33,034 bases of DNA from Candidatus Woesearchaeota archaeon. Its GTDB lineage: Archaea > Nanobdellota > Nanobdellia > Pacearchaeales > GW2011-AR1. The position numbers were made by a program, and so were the translations under genes. This document shows positions 1 through 7,036 of this stretch, piece by piece. How positions within the stretch are numbered: the stretch's first letter is position 1; each line of letters opens with the position of its first letter. Where the stretch lies: assembly GCA_964362835.1 (NCBI GenBank), contig CAYIGE010000001.1, positions 1-33,034 of the forward strand, read 5' to 3'. The notes under the pieces are model-generated. The model was not told where the DNA came from. It was given only the letters and a program-made list of their open reading frames with translations, and did no database searches.

Positions 1-318
1 GGACACCGAGGAGGAGTAGGAATGGCTGGAACTGGTAAGAGAGGCGACCAGAGAAAATCAATGATTCTGAAAAATACGTTGCCAGAATATTTCGGAAAAC
101 GTCAGACAAAGATGAATAATGGTAAAAATAAACTTAAAACTCTAAATCTTTCAAGATTGACTCAAGCTCCAAAAGAAGGAGAAGACTTTTCAGATTACAA
201 AGTAGTGGGCTCATTAAACACTGCACTGAAGCTCCACATAAAAGCCGCTGCCGCATCAGAAGGTGCAATGAAGTCGGTGAAGAAGCATGGCGGAGATATT
301 GTTTTAAAAGGAAAATAG
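1..318 (+). CDS. rpl15: 50S ribosomal protein uL15 (L15P), 5'-truncated by the window edge
   Basis: The frame is open from nt 1 (GHRGGVG-MAGTGKRG...). The glycine-rich GHRGG.G.AG motif, PEYFGK and the C-terminal A.A.SEGA...V.K.GG pattern match archaeal L15P. It lies upstream of secY, as at the archaeal spc-operon end. Confidence 0.75.
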   Translation, partial: GHRGGVGMAGTGKRGDQRKSMILKNTLPEYFGKRQTKMNNGKNKLKTLNLSRLTQAPKEGEDFSDYKVVGSLNTALKLHIKAAAASEGAMKSVKKHGGDIVLKGK

Positions 319-322
319 TTAT

Positions 323-1063
323 TTATTTTTTCTTCTTTTTATCAGTTTTAGATTTACCTTTCCATTCCAGATATATATTCTTGAAGAATAGAGTAAGGAA
401 TCCATAAAATGCAAGAGAAACTATCAAGTTTGAAATCCCATCAAATGCTATATACACAATAGAGTTTCCAGAAAATAATATTGGAAGAGCAAGAATTATT
501 CCAATTAAAATAGCAAATATAAATAAGATAATCATAATAAGTATCAAATAGCCAAACATTTTCCACCAATTCCCCTTAACAAGTTGCCTGCTTTTTTTGA
601 GTGAATAAAGTATTCCTTTGTCTTCATCTAAGAAGACATAACTTCCAAATATCCAATAGATCATAAATATAATTCCTGGAATGATAAGTAACAAAAATAG
701 TCCTAATAGAAATATAGCCATAACTAAAATAAATCCTAAATAGATTAACCAGTTTTTCTTACCGTGATGTTTAATATCTGCTAAACTAAACTTGTTTTTC
801 TTTACGGAAGCTTTAGTTATTCCGCTTAATGTAAATAAGAATAAGAAAGCTGAAATTACTCCAAAGAGCAACATCAAACTAAAACGAGACCATGAAAATG
901 GTTCTACTGATAAATCATATATTGCGGAACCAAAAAATATCAAATTAATTAGACTAATTACCAGTTTAGGAATCACAATGAAACCAAAAACTGCCCAGAA
1001 AATAGGTTTGAAATTGGTTTTCAAATCTTTTACAGTTTGACTAAATATTGAGGAAAATGTCAT
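323..1063 (-). CDS. Hypothetical polytopic membrane protein (about 6 TM) with a lysine-rich C-terminal tail
   Basis: 246-aa ORF with repeated long hydrophobic segments and a KGKSKTDKKKKK tail. A TATA-like element is centred about 26 nt upstream of the ATG. I recognised no family-specific motif. Confidence 0.6.
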   Translation of the reverse strand: MTFSSIFSQTVKDLKTNFKPIFWAVFGFIVIPKLVISLINLIFFGSAIYDLSVEPFSWSRFSLMLLFGVISAFLFLFTLSGITKASVKKNKFSLADIKHHGKKNWLIYLGFILVMAIFLLGLFLLLIIPGIIFMIYWIFGSYVFLDEDKGILYSLKKSRQLVKGNWWKMFGYLILIMIILFIFAILIGIILALPILFSGNSIVYIAFDGISNLIVSLAFYGFLTLFFKNIYLEWKGKSKTDKKKKK

Positions 1064-1083
1064 AATAGTATAGAGATTTAGAC

Positions 1084-1094
1084 TTTTTAAATAT
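1084..1094 (-). promoter_or_regulatory. TATA-like box for the membrane-protein gene (leaderless geometry)
   Basis: The plus strand reads tttttaaatat, centred about 26 nt upstream of the ATG at 1063. Confidence 0.45.
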
Positions 1095-1104
1095 TAATTA
1101 CCAG

Positions 1105-1437
1105 TCAATTTCTAATATACAAACAAACCTTATCAAGGACTTCATTGACTTTTTTCTGCTTTAATGAGCCAATTCTATACTTTATTCTACTTCTATTTAG
1201 AGTAGTTATTTTGTCAATTCTTACAAAACTTTTTCTTTTTAGGTTTCCACTCTCAAAATCTTCACTATTTAATGGAATTTCTACAGAACTTTCTTGGGAT
1301 TCTGCAGTTATTTGACAAATAATGATATCTTCGCCTTTCGGAACTTTAATTATTAAAGAGGGTCTCCTTTTTGAATCTTTTAAATCAGAAAATGGAAAAT
1401 CTATGACAATTACATCTCCACTTACAAATCTTTCCAT
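1105..1437 (-). CDS. mazF: Type II toxin, MazF/PemK-family endoribonuclease
   Basis: The N-terminal GDVIVIDFPFSD...KRRPSLII and the later ICQITA... SFVRIDKITTL pattern are typical of PemK/MazF. It is 110 aa and overlaps the upstream antitoxin ORF by 16 nt. Confidence 0.8.
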   Translation of the reverse strand: MERFVSGDVIVIDFPFSDLKDSKRRPSLIIKVPKGEDIIICQITAESQESSVEIPLNSEDFESGNLKRKSFVRIDKITTLNRSRIKYRIGSLKQKKVNEVLDKVCLYIRN

Positions 1438-1640
1438 GCGTCATTCTCTTTTTCATTAAGCCATGTTTCCGCAAATGAATCCTCTGATAATAAAGCAAGG
1501 TCATTTATTTCTTTTTTTAATATAATTTCATTATCTTTCTTTATTACTATTAATTTATCTCCTTCTTTGATATCTTTTCTCATATCTAGAGGTATAACTA
1601 TTTGCCCCCTTGAACTCATTTTAGTTGTATCTATTTGCAT
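1422..1640 (-). CDS. mazE: Type II antitoxin, AbrB/SpoVT (MazE-like) DNA-binding domain
   Basis: The SSRGQIVIPLDMRKDIKEGDKL swapped-hairpin AbrB/SpoVT motif is present. It is 72 aa with an acidic C-terminus, lies immediately upstream of mazF and overlaps it. Confidence 0.75.
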   Translation of the reverse strand: MQIDTTKMSSRGQIVIPLDMRKDIKEGDKLIVIKKDNEIILKKEINDLALLSEDSFAETWLNEKENDAWKDL

Positions 1641-1661
1641 AAATAAGATTAATCTTATTTC

Positions 1662-1670
1662 TATTTAAAT
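1662..1670 (-). promoter_or_regulatory. TATA-like box of the mazEF operon
   Basis: tatttaaat is centred 26 nt upstream of the mazE ATG at 1640. Confidence 0.5.
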
Positions 1671-1703
1671 CTTTTGCTTTGTAAATTATATCGCACAAAT
1701 TAT

Positions 1704-1748
1704 TTTAACACTACATATTTATTGACATTTCTTTTTTGTAGTGTTAAA
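1704..1748. promoter_or_regulatory. Perfect 12-bp inverted repeat (tttaacactaca / tgtagtgttaaa) with a 21-nt spacer
   Basis: Arms at 1704-1715 and 1737-1748 were read directly. It lies between the VIT1 stop (1776) and the mazE TATA box. It is either a candidate antitoxin operator or a transcript-end hairpin. Confidence 0.35.
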
Positions 1749-1775
1749 GTTCATAATCTAATTTGGGCTTGGGTT

Positions 1776-2258
1776 TTAGATAGTTAATTTCTTAACTAAC
1801 ATCCCGAATAAGAAGCTTATTACTGAAACACTTAATGTTATTGCTAACATCTTTGTGAATTTCTTTTTGAAACTTTCTTTGTGAATTCTGGAATCATACT
1901 TTGTGTATGAAGCAATTATTATTATGACTATTGTGAACATTATTCCTGTTGCAGTGTAAACATTTGTTATGAGAAAATAAGGTGTTACGAGGAGGAATAC
2001 TGCTAAAAGATACGCAATTCCTGTGTATGACGCTGCTTTGATTGGTTTTTTACGCCCTTCTTCTTCTGCTGAAAGATATTCCGAAGCTGCCATTGAAAGT
2101 GCTGCTGCAAAACCGGTTATGAGACCGACTGTTGCTATTAGCTTTGCTTCTGCAAATGCAAAACTTAAACCCACTAGGGCTCCGCTTATTTCTACTAATG
2201 CATCATTTAGACCTAGAACGACTGCACCATTGTAATTAGATTTGTCCTCTTTCATCAT
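1776..2258 (-). CDS. VIT1/CCC1-family Fe/Mn transporter, short form
   Basis: The motifs GLNDALVE..G and SMAASEYLS..EE are characteristic of the VIT1 family, followed by further TM helices. At 160 aa it has only a short loop where longer homologues carry a cytoplasmic domain. Confidence 0.7.
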   Translation of the reverse strand: MMKEDKSNYNGAVVLGLNDALVEISGALVGLSFAFAEAKLIATVGLITGFAAALSMAASEYLSAEEEGRKKPIKAASYTGIAYLLAVFLLVTPYFLITNVYTATGIMFTIVIIIIASYTKYDSRIHKESFKKKFTKMLAITLSVSVISFLFGMLVKKLTI

Positions 2259-2275
2259 AATGATAAACTATTAAT

Positions 2276-2286
2276 GTTTAAAAAGC
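2276..2286. promoter_or_regulatory. Single central TATA-like element between divergent VIT1 and secY
   Basis: gtttaaaaag is centred about 23-26 nt from the VIT1 ATGs (2258/2255) and about 27 nt from the secY ATG (2308). The intergenic DNA is only 49 nt. Confidence 0.45.
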
Positions 2287-2307
2287 TTTGATTTTATAAT
2301 ATCAAGT

Positions 2308-3696
2308 ATGGTGCTTAAAGAGTTAATTCAGCTTTTGCCTGAAGTAAAGAAACCTGCTGAAAAGAAATTAGGATTCAATCAGAAATTGAAATGGACACTT
2401 ATTGTTATAGGATTCTTCTTTGTTATGTATAATATTAAGCTATATGGCTTAAGCAGAAATGCTCTAGAGAGATTTGACTTTTTATCTACGATTTTAGGAA
2501 CTGATTTCGGAGCTATAATAAGTTTAGGAATTGGTCCTATTGTGACTTCTTCTATTATTTTACAGTTGCTTGTAGGTTCTGGAATATTGAGTTTGAATAC
2601 TAAGACTGAAGAGGGTAAGAGATTATTCCAAGGAATTCAGAAATTAGGGACTTTGTTTTTCATACTCTTTGAAGCCTGTATTTTTGTATTGATGAAAGGT
2701 CTTGAAGCAAATCCTGGATTTGAATCAATAGTAATATTCCAGTTGATACTTGGAGGATTAGCTATCATGTTTATGGACGAAGTTGTAGCTAAATGGGGAT
2801 TCGGCTCTGGAGTCTCGTTGTTTATTGTTGCTGGCGTCGCTTTACAATTATTTATAGGACTATTCCAATTTATTGGAGCTGATGGTTCTAATTGTTTATT
2901 GAACTTTGGAGAAACACCTTGTTCTGGAAGAGTATTAGTTATATTACAATCAATTATCAATGGAGACCCTACAAGTGCTTTGCTTGCATTTGCAGTAATT
3001 TTAGTTACTGCTCTTGTGTTTATGGGAGTCGTATGGGCTCAAAGTCTTAAAGTAGAGATACCATTAAGTTATGATAGATTGCGAGGATACGGAGTTAAAT
3101 GGCCTTTGCAATTCTTTTATGCTTCTACATTACCTGTTATTTTAGTTGCGGCATTGGCGGCAAATATGCAATTGTTTGGAAGCCTGTTTGAAAGCTGGTT
3201 GGGACACCCAACATTTTTAGGAGGATTCCAGAATGGACAGCCAGTTTCAGGATTAGCATTTTGGATTGGAGCTCCTAACTTGCTTCAGGCAGTTATTACT
3301 GGAAGTTTGTTGACTTCGCAGATATTCCAAGCAATATTCCATTTGATATTTTATGTCGCATTCTCTATGATATTCTCTATATTTTGGGTTAAAACTACGG
3401 GTATGGACCCTGCGGGACAGGCAAAGAACATTGCATCTTCTGGATTGCAGATGGCTGGGTTTAGAAAAGACCCTCGTATTATTGAAAGTATTTTGAGCAG
3501 GTACATTCTTCCATTAACAGTTATGGGTGGATTGGCCATTGGTGCTTTAGCGGGTTTTGCAGACTTACTTGGAACTTTGACATCTGGAACATCTATATTG
3601 CTTGCGGTTATGATATTGTACCAATTGTATCAAAACATCGCGCAACAACATGCATTAGATATGCATCCTTCATTTAGAAAGATGATGGGTCAATAG
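2308..3696 (+). CDS. secY: Preprotein translocase subunit SecY
   Basis: 462-aa 10-TM protein with an archaeal SecY/Sec61alpha-type N-terminus (LPEVKKP...KL.WT). It sits in the conserved position after L15. Confidence 0.93.
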   Translation: MVLKELIQLLPEVKKPAEKKLGFNQKLKWTLIVIGFFFVMYNIKLYGLSRNALERFDFLSTILGTDFGAIISLGIGPIVTSSIILQLLVGSGILSLNTKTEEGKRLFQGIQKLGTLFFILFEACIFVLMKGLEANPGFESIVIFQLILGGLAIMFMDEVVAKWGFGSGVSLFIVAGVALQLFIGLFQFIGADGSNCLLNFGETPCSGRVLVILQSIINGDPTSALLAFAVILVTALVFMGVVWAQSLKVEIPLSYDRLRGYGVKWPLQFFYASTLPVILVAALAANMQLFGSLFESWLGHPTFLGGFQNGQPVSGLAFWIGAPNLLQAVITGSLLTSQIFQAIFHLIFYVAFSMIFSIFWVKTTGMDPAGQAKNIASSGLQMAGFRKDPRIIESILSRYILPLTVMGGLAIGALAGFADLLGTLTSGTSILLAVMILYQLYQNIAQQHALDMHPSFRKMMGQ

Positions 3697-3736
3697 TGTA
3701 ATTTAAAAACATTCTTTATTCTATTTAGATATTAAA

Positions 3737-4261
3737 ATGAAGGGAATGGGTATAGTCTTTTTAGTCATGCTACTTGGATTAGCAGTAGCTACTTTGTGGG
3801 ATAAAATCCCGATAATCGGAGAAAGTGTTCATTCAGCACTTGATCCTTTTCTTGGAGCTTTGCTTGATTGGAATGTTACTATCGGACTTTTGATTATTAC
3901 AGCCGTTCTTAATTTTATTACAACTATTTTGCATAAGAAAGTGACTAATCAGGATTTATTGAAACAGCTTAAAGAAGAACAAAAGTTAGTGAATGAAGAG
4001 ATGAAACTTTACAGAGAAAATCCTCAGAAAACTATGGAATTGTCAAAGAAATCCATGGAACTTGCTATGAAAACAATGCCCATTACAATGAGGCCAGTTA
4101 TATATACGACGATTCCATTTATTTTATTGATTAGATGGTTTGGAGACTACTTCAAAGACCATCCAGCTAAGATATTAGGATTCATGTCTGGAATTTGGGC
4201 ATATATAGTGTTCTTTATTTTGTTCTCTATTCTATTTAGGAAGATAATGAAAGTGCATTAG
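3737..4261 (+). CDS. DUF106 / EMC3-TMCO1-like membrane insertase (archaeal YidC/Oxa1-like, MJ0480 family)
   Basis: The architecture is TM1, a K/E-rich coiled-coil hairpin (KQLKEEQKLVNEEMKLYRENPQK...ELSKKSMELAMKTM) and then two TMs. It occupies the conserved neighbourhood downstream of secY. Confidence 0.72.
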   Translation: MKGMGIVFLVMLLGLAVATLWDKIPIIGESVHSALDPFLGALLDWNVTIGLLIITAVLNFITTILHKKVTNQDLLKQLKEEQKLVNEEMKLYRENPQKTMELSKKSMELAMKTMPITMRPVIYTTIPFILLIRWFGDYFKDHPAKILGFMSGIWAYIVFFILFSILFRKIMKVH

Positions 4262-4295
4262 TAAGATTTTTAAATCTATTTTATTGTGACTTGAC

Positions 4296-4676
4296 ATGGA
4301 ACAAGAAAGAATAGAAGTTTTGAATAACCTTAACCAACAGCATGAAATGATTTCTGAACAGCTTAAGATAGTTGACCAGCAAATCCATGAGATTGCTATC
4401 TTTGATAAAGAGCTAGATACTCTTGAAAATAATAAAGATGCGGAGATTCTTGCTCCGATAGGAAAATCCGTTTTTGCTTTTATGAAACCTAATTCTTCTG
4501 AAAAGTTTTTTGTTGATGTTGGAGCAGGATATTATGTTAGGAAGAATATTAATGAGACAAAAATAGTTGCTGTTGAACAGAAAAATAGGCTTGAGGCTTT
4601 TAGAATTCAATTATCCGAAGAACTTCAGAATGTTACAGCAAATCTTGAAGAACTTATTTTACCCCGTAACGCTTAA
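4296..4676 (+). CDS. pfdA: Prefoldin alpha subunit
   Basis: Coiled-coil ends flank a double beta-hairpin core (ILAPIGKSVFAFMK....FFVDVGAGYYVRKNINE), which is typical of alpha-class prefoldin. Confidence 0.72.
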   Translation: MEQERIEVLNNLNQQHEMISEQLKIVDQQIHEIAIFDKELDTLENNKDAEILAPIGKSVFAFMKPNSSEKFFVDVGAGYYVRKNINETKIVAVEQKNRLEAFRIQLSEELQNVTANLEELILPRNA

Positions 4677-5460
4677 GACTCTTTTTTGCTTCTTTGATAA
4701 ATTGTTTATAGGACAATATTCCAAATTCTGAAACTATCTCGGTAATCTGTTTAATGGGTATTAAATCAAAAGAAAAATTCTCTATTTTAACATTCTTTGG
4801 AGAGCGAGACCATATTTCTAGAGGAGAACGTCTTTCAATTTGAATTTTATGCGTTGAGAATTTCCATGAATCTGTTACAATGTAAAGAGGCTTTTTGTAA
4901 TCTTTAGCTATTCTTGCAATGGATGCGCTTCCTACTTTGTTTAGGACTCCTTTTTTAGTGACTGCGTCTGCTCCTAATAATACAATATTTGCATTCTTTA
5001 TTCCTTCTAACATTTCAGAGTCAACTATCATTGAAACTTTGATTCCTGCTTTAGAGAGTTGTTTTGCTGTTATGTGTCCTTGATATAGGGGTCTTGTTTC
5101 AGTGTTTATTATAGAAAATTTCTTTTTGGACTTATGGGCAGAGATTAATGCTTGCGCAAGAGTGTTTGAATGACAATGGGTAAAAATAACTGAATTTTGC
5201 GAGATTAACTTCTGTATGTAGTAATTGATAAATTCTTGTGCATTTTCAAAGTGATTTAATACATTTTCTGTTGATGATTTTTCAAGAATATTTAACGCAT
5301 TAGAAACCATGGGTTCTGTAGGCCTTAATTTTATTAGAATTTCTTTTGATTTTTTAGTTGGTTTTAAACAATAAGCCTTTATTGCGGATTTTGCTACGTT
5401 GGTTGCTCCTTGAATTTTGATAGACTTTATATCCGCACATATTTTTGAGAACGAATCCAT
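4654..5460 (-). CDS. aIF-2B / eIF-2B alpha-beta-delta family protein (short aIF-2BII type)
   Basis: IF-2B family pattern: IFTHCHSNT, LLGADAVTKKGVLNKVGSASIARIAKDYKKPLYIV. The 268-aa length fits the short archaeal subunit rather than R15P or MTR-1-P isomerases. Confidence 0.75.
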   Translation of the reverse strand: MDSFSKICADIKSIKIQGATNVAKSAIKAYCLKPTKKSKEILIKLRPTEPMVSNALNILEKSSTENVLNHFENAQEFINYYIQKLISQNSVIFTHCHSNTLAQALISAHKSKKKFSIINTETRPLYQGHITAKQLSKAGIKVSMIVDSEMLEGIKNANIVLLGADAVTKKGVLNKVGSASIARIAKDYKKPLYIVTDSWKFSTHKIQIERRSPLEIWSRSPKNVKIENFSFDLIPIKQITEIVSEFGILSYKQFIKEAKKSLKRYGVK

Positions 5461-5522
5461 GTATTGAATAAAGCTAACATATATAAAAAGGTGATTAATT
5501 TTACTTATGTTGGTGATAATTT

Positions 5523-6383
5523 ATGTTTGAAATGCTTGTTAATCCTGCGAAGGCTGAACGAAAGCCTTGGGAAATGTTTTTTGTAGGAGTTTTTTACGCG
5601 AGTATTTCTATACTGTTAGTTGAATGGATATTCAAGAACGACCCTGTCTTAAAAGATGTTGCAGGAATACTCGTTGTTACTTTTACAGTGATGTTTTCAA
5701 TACCTTTTATGTTCTATATGTTTAGGATAGAGGAGACTCGCTCATCTCAAGAGAATATAGGAACTTTTCAATTGATTAAAGACCATCGTAAGGCCTTGTG
5801 GGCGTTTATGTGGCTTTTTATCGGTTTTGTCTTGGGATTTTCATTTTGGTATATCATTCTGCCCACTACTGAAAGTCTTGAGCAACAGCTCGGGACTTAT
5901 TGTTTGATAAATAAACCTGGAGACGATAAATGCATCACAAATCTTATAGCAAAAGACCAAACAAGCCCTACGGCTTTTGCATCAAACAAAGAGCGAATGT
6001 TCTTGATTTTTGCTAATAATGTATATGTGCTTATCTTTACTTTAGTATTCTCTTTATTGTTCGGTGCGGGCGTGATATTTATTCTCGCTTGGAATGCGAG
6101 TGTTATTGCAGCGGCGATAGCAATATTTACTAAATCGGATTTGAATTATTTGCCCGTTGCGTTATTGAGGTATTTTGTACATGGACTGCCTGAAATTGCT
6201 TCTTATTTTGTAGTTGCTTTGGCGGGAGGAATGATTTCTTTTGCAGTTATTCGCAGAGACATTGGAACTGAAAGATTTTGGAGAGTTTTGCAGGATTCAT
6301 TAAACTTAGTAATTTTAGCAGTGATATTGCTGTTTTTTTCAGCATTGATTGAGGTTTTTGTTACGCCTTTGTTCTTTAGATAG
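5523..6383 (+). CDS. SpoIIM-like (DUF95) integral membrane protein
   Basis: Multi-TM protein with FVHGLPEIASYFVVALAGG, resembling the conserved HG..E motif of the SpoIIM/DUF95 family. Confidence 0.55.
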   Translation: MFEMLVNPAKAERKPWEMFFVGVFYASISILLVEWIFKNDPVLKDVAGILVVTFTVMFSIPFMFYMFRIEETRSSQENIGTFQLIKDHRKALWAFMWLFIGFVLGFSFWYIILPTTESLEQQLGTYCLINKPGDDKCITNLIAKDQTSPTAFASNKERMFLIFANNVYVLIFTLVFSLLFGAGVIFILAWNASVIAAAIAIFTKSDLNYLPVALLRYFVHGLPEIASYFVVALAGGMISFAVIRRDIGTERFWRVLQDSLNLVILAVILLFFSALIEVFVTPLFFR

Positions 6384-6398
6384 ACATTCAATAGAAAT

Positions 6399-6410
6399 CC
6401 TTATAAATTG
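6399..6410 (+). promoter_or_regulatory. TATA-like box of the methyltransferase gene at 6432
   Basis: ccttataaattg is centred about 27 nt upstream of the ATG. Confidence 0.45.
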
Positions 6411-6431
6411 GTTTAAATTTTTGCGAATGCA

Positions 6432-6965
6432 ATGAGTGTTAAAATTCTAAATCTCGGCTGTGGAAATGATTTTTATGGAACCCATAGGATTGATATGTTT
6501 AAGACACAGGCAACGACCCAAGTAGCAGACCTTAATGAAAAACTGCCTTATCCAAGTAACTTTTTTGATGAGATTTACTGCAAATCTGTTCTTGAACATA
6601 TAAAGAACCTAGGCAATTTTGCAGAAGAATGCTATAGAATTCTTAAATGGGGTGGAAAAATATGGCTAAGAACAGATCATGCAGGATTTATCCCAATATA
6701 CTTACTAAAAAAACATGAACATAATAAAGCCTATGAAAAACTATTTGAAAAAAACCCTTTTGGGCACAAACAAAAAGAGGGTTATAAAGAAGATCACCAT
6801 TATGCGTTGTTTGCTGCAAGTCACTTAAGGTATTTGTTTGGGAAATTTAAGAATCACAAATTTGATTATTTTTACGGTGCAAGTAACCAATTAAAGAAGT
6901 TTATTTATAAATTAATGCCCAAATATATGGGAGCTTGCCATATTGAAATGGAAGCAGTTAAATAA
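6432..6965 (+). CDS. Compact class I SAM-dependent methyltransferase (Methyltransf_11-like)
   Basis: Motif I is ILNLGCGND and the post-I/II region is FDEIYCKSVLEHI..., followed by LKWGGKIWL. It is a clear paralogue of the ORF at 27646-28170. Confidence 0.75.
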   Translation: MSVKILNLGCGNDFYGTHRIDMFKTQATTQVADLNEKLPYPSNFFDEIYCKSVLEHIKNLGNFAEECYRILKWGGKIWLRTDHAGFIPIYLLKKHEHNKAYEKLFEKNPFGHKQKEGYKEDHHYALFAASHLRYLFGKFKNHKFDYFYGASNQLKKFIYKLMPKYMGACHIEMEAVK

Positions 6966-6982
6966 TTATCCTATTGCCCTTG

Positions 6983-7031
6983 GGTCAATTCGTATTGACG
7001 AGTAACCTTTAAATAACACATTTTGTCAATT
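6983..7031 (+). promoter_or_regulatory. GTCAAT(T) motif triplet bracketing the aglB TATA box
   Basis: gtcaatt at 6984-6990, the inverted copy attgac at 6994-6999 and gtcaatt at 7025-7031 flank the TATA box at 7008-7015. Confidence 0.3.
7008..7015 (+). promoter_or_regulatory. TATA box of aglB
   Basis: tttaaata matches the archaeal TTTAWATA consensus and is centred about 25 nt upstream of the aglB ATG (7037). Confidence 0.55.
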
Positions 7032-7036
7032 AGTAA

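Noticed and set aside
319-345. T-rich stretch (ttatttattttttcttcttttt) right after the L15 stop as an oligo-T terminator.
   Set aside because: The same bases are the complement of the lysine-rich tail codons of the minus-strand gene, so the T-richness is explained by coding. A terminator function is possible but cannot be supported from sequence alone.
792-1040. 82-aa plus-strand ORF inside the membrane-protein gene. The same applies to 2023-2235, 2637-2960, 3351-3539, 4413-4610 and 6203-6391.
   Set aside because: Each lies entirely antisense to, or in an alternative frame of, a longer ORF with recognisable family motifs. The translations are low-complexity with no motifs, as expected for shadow ORFs in AT-rich DNA.
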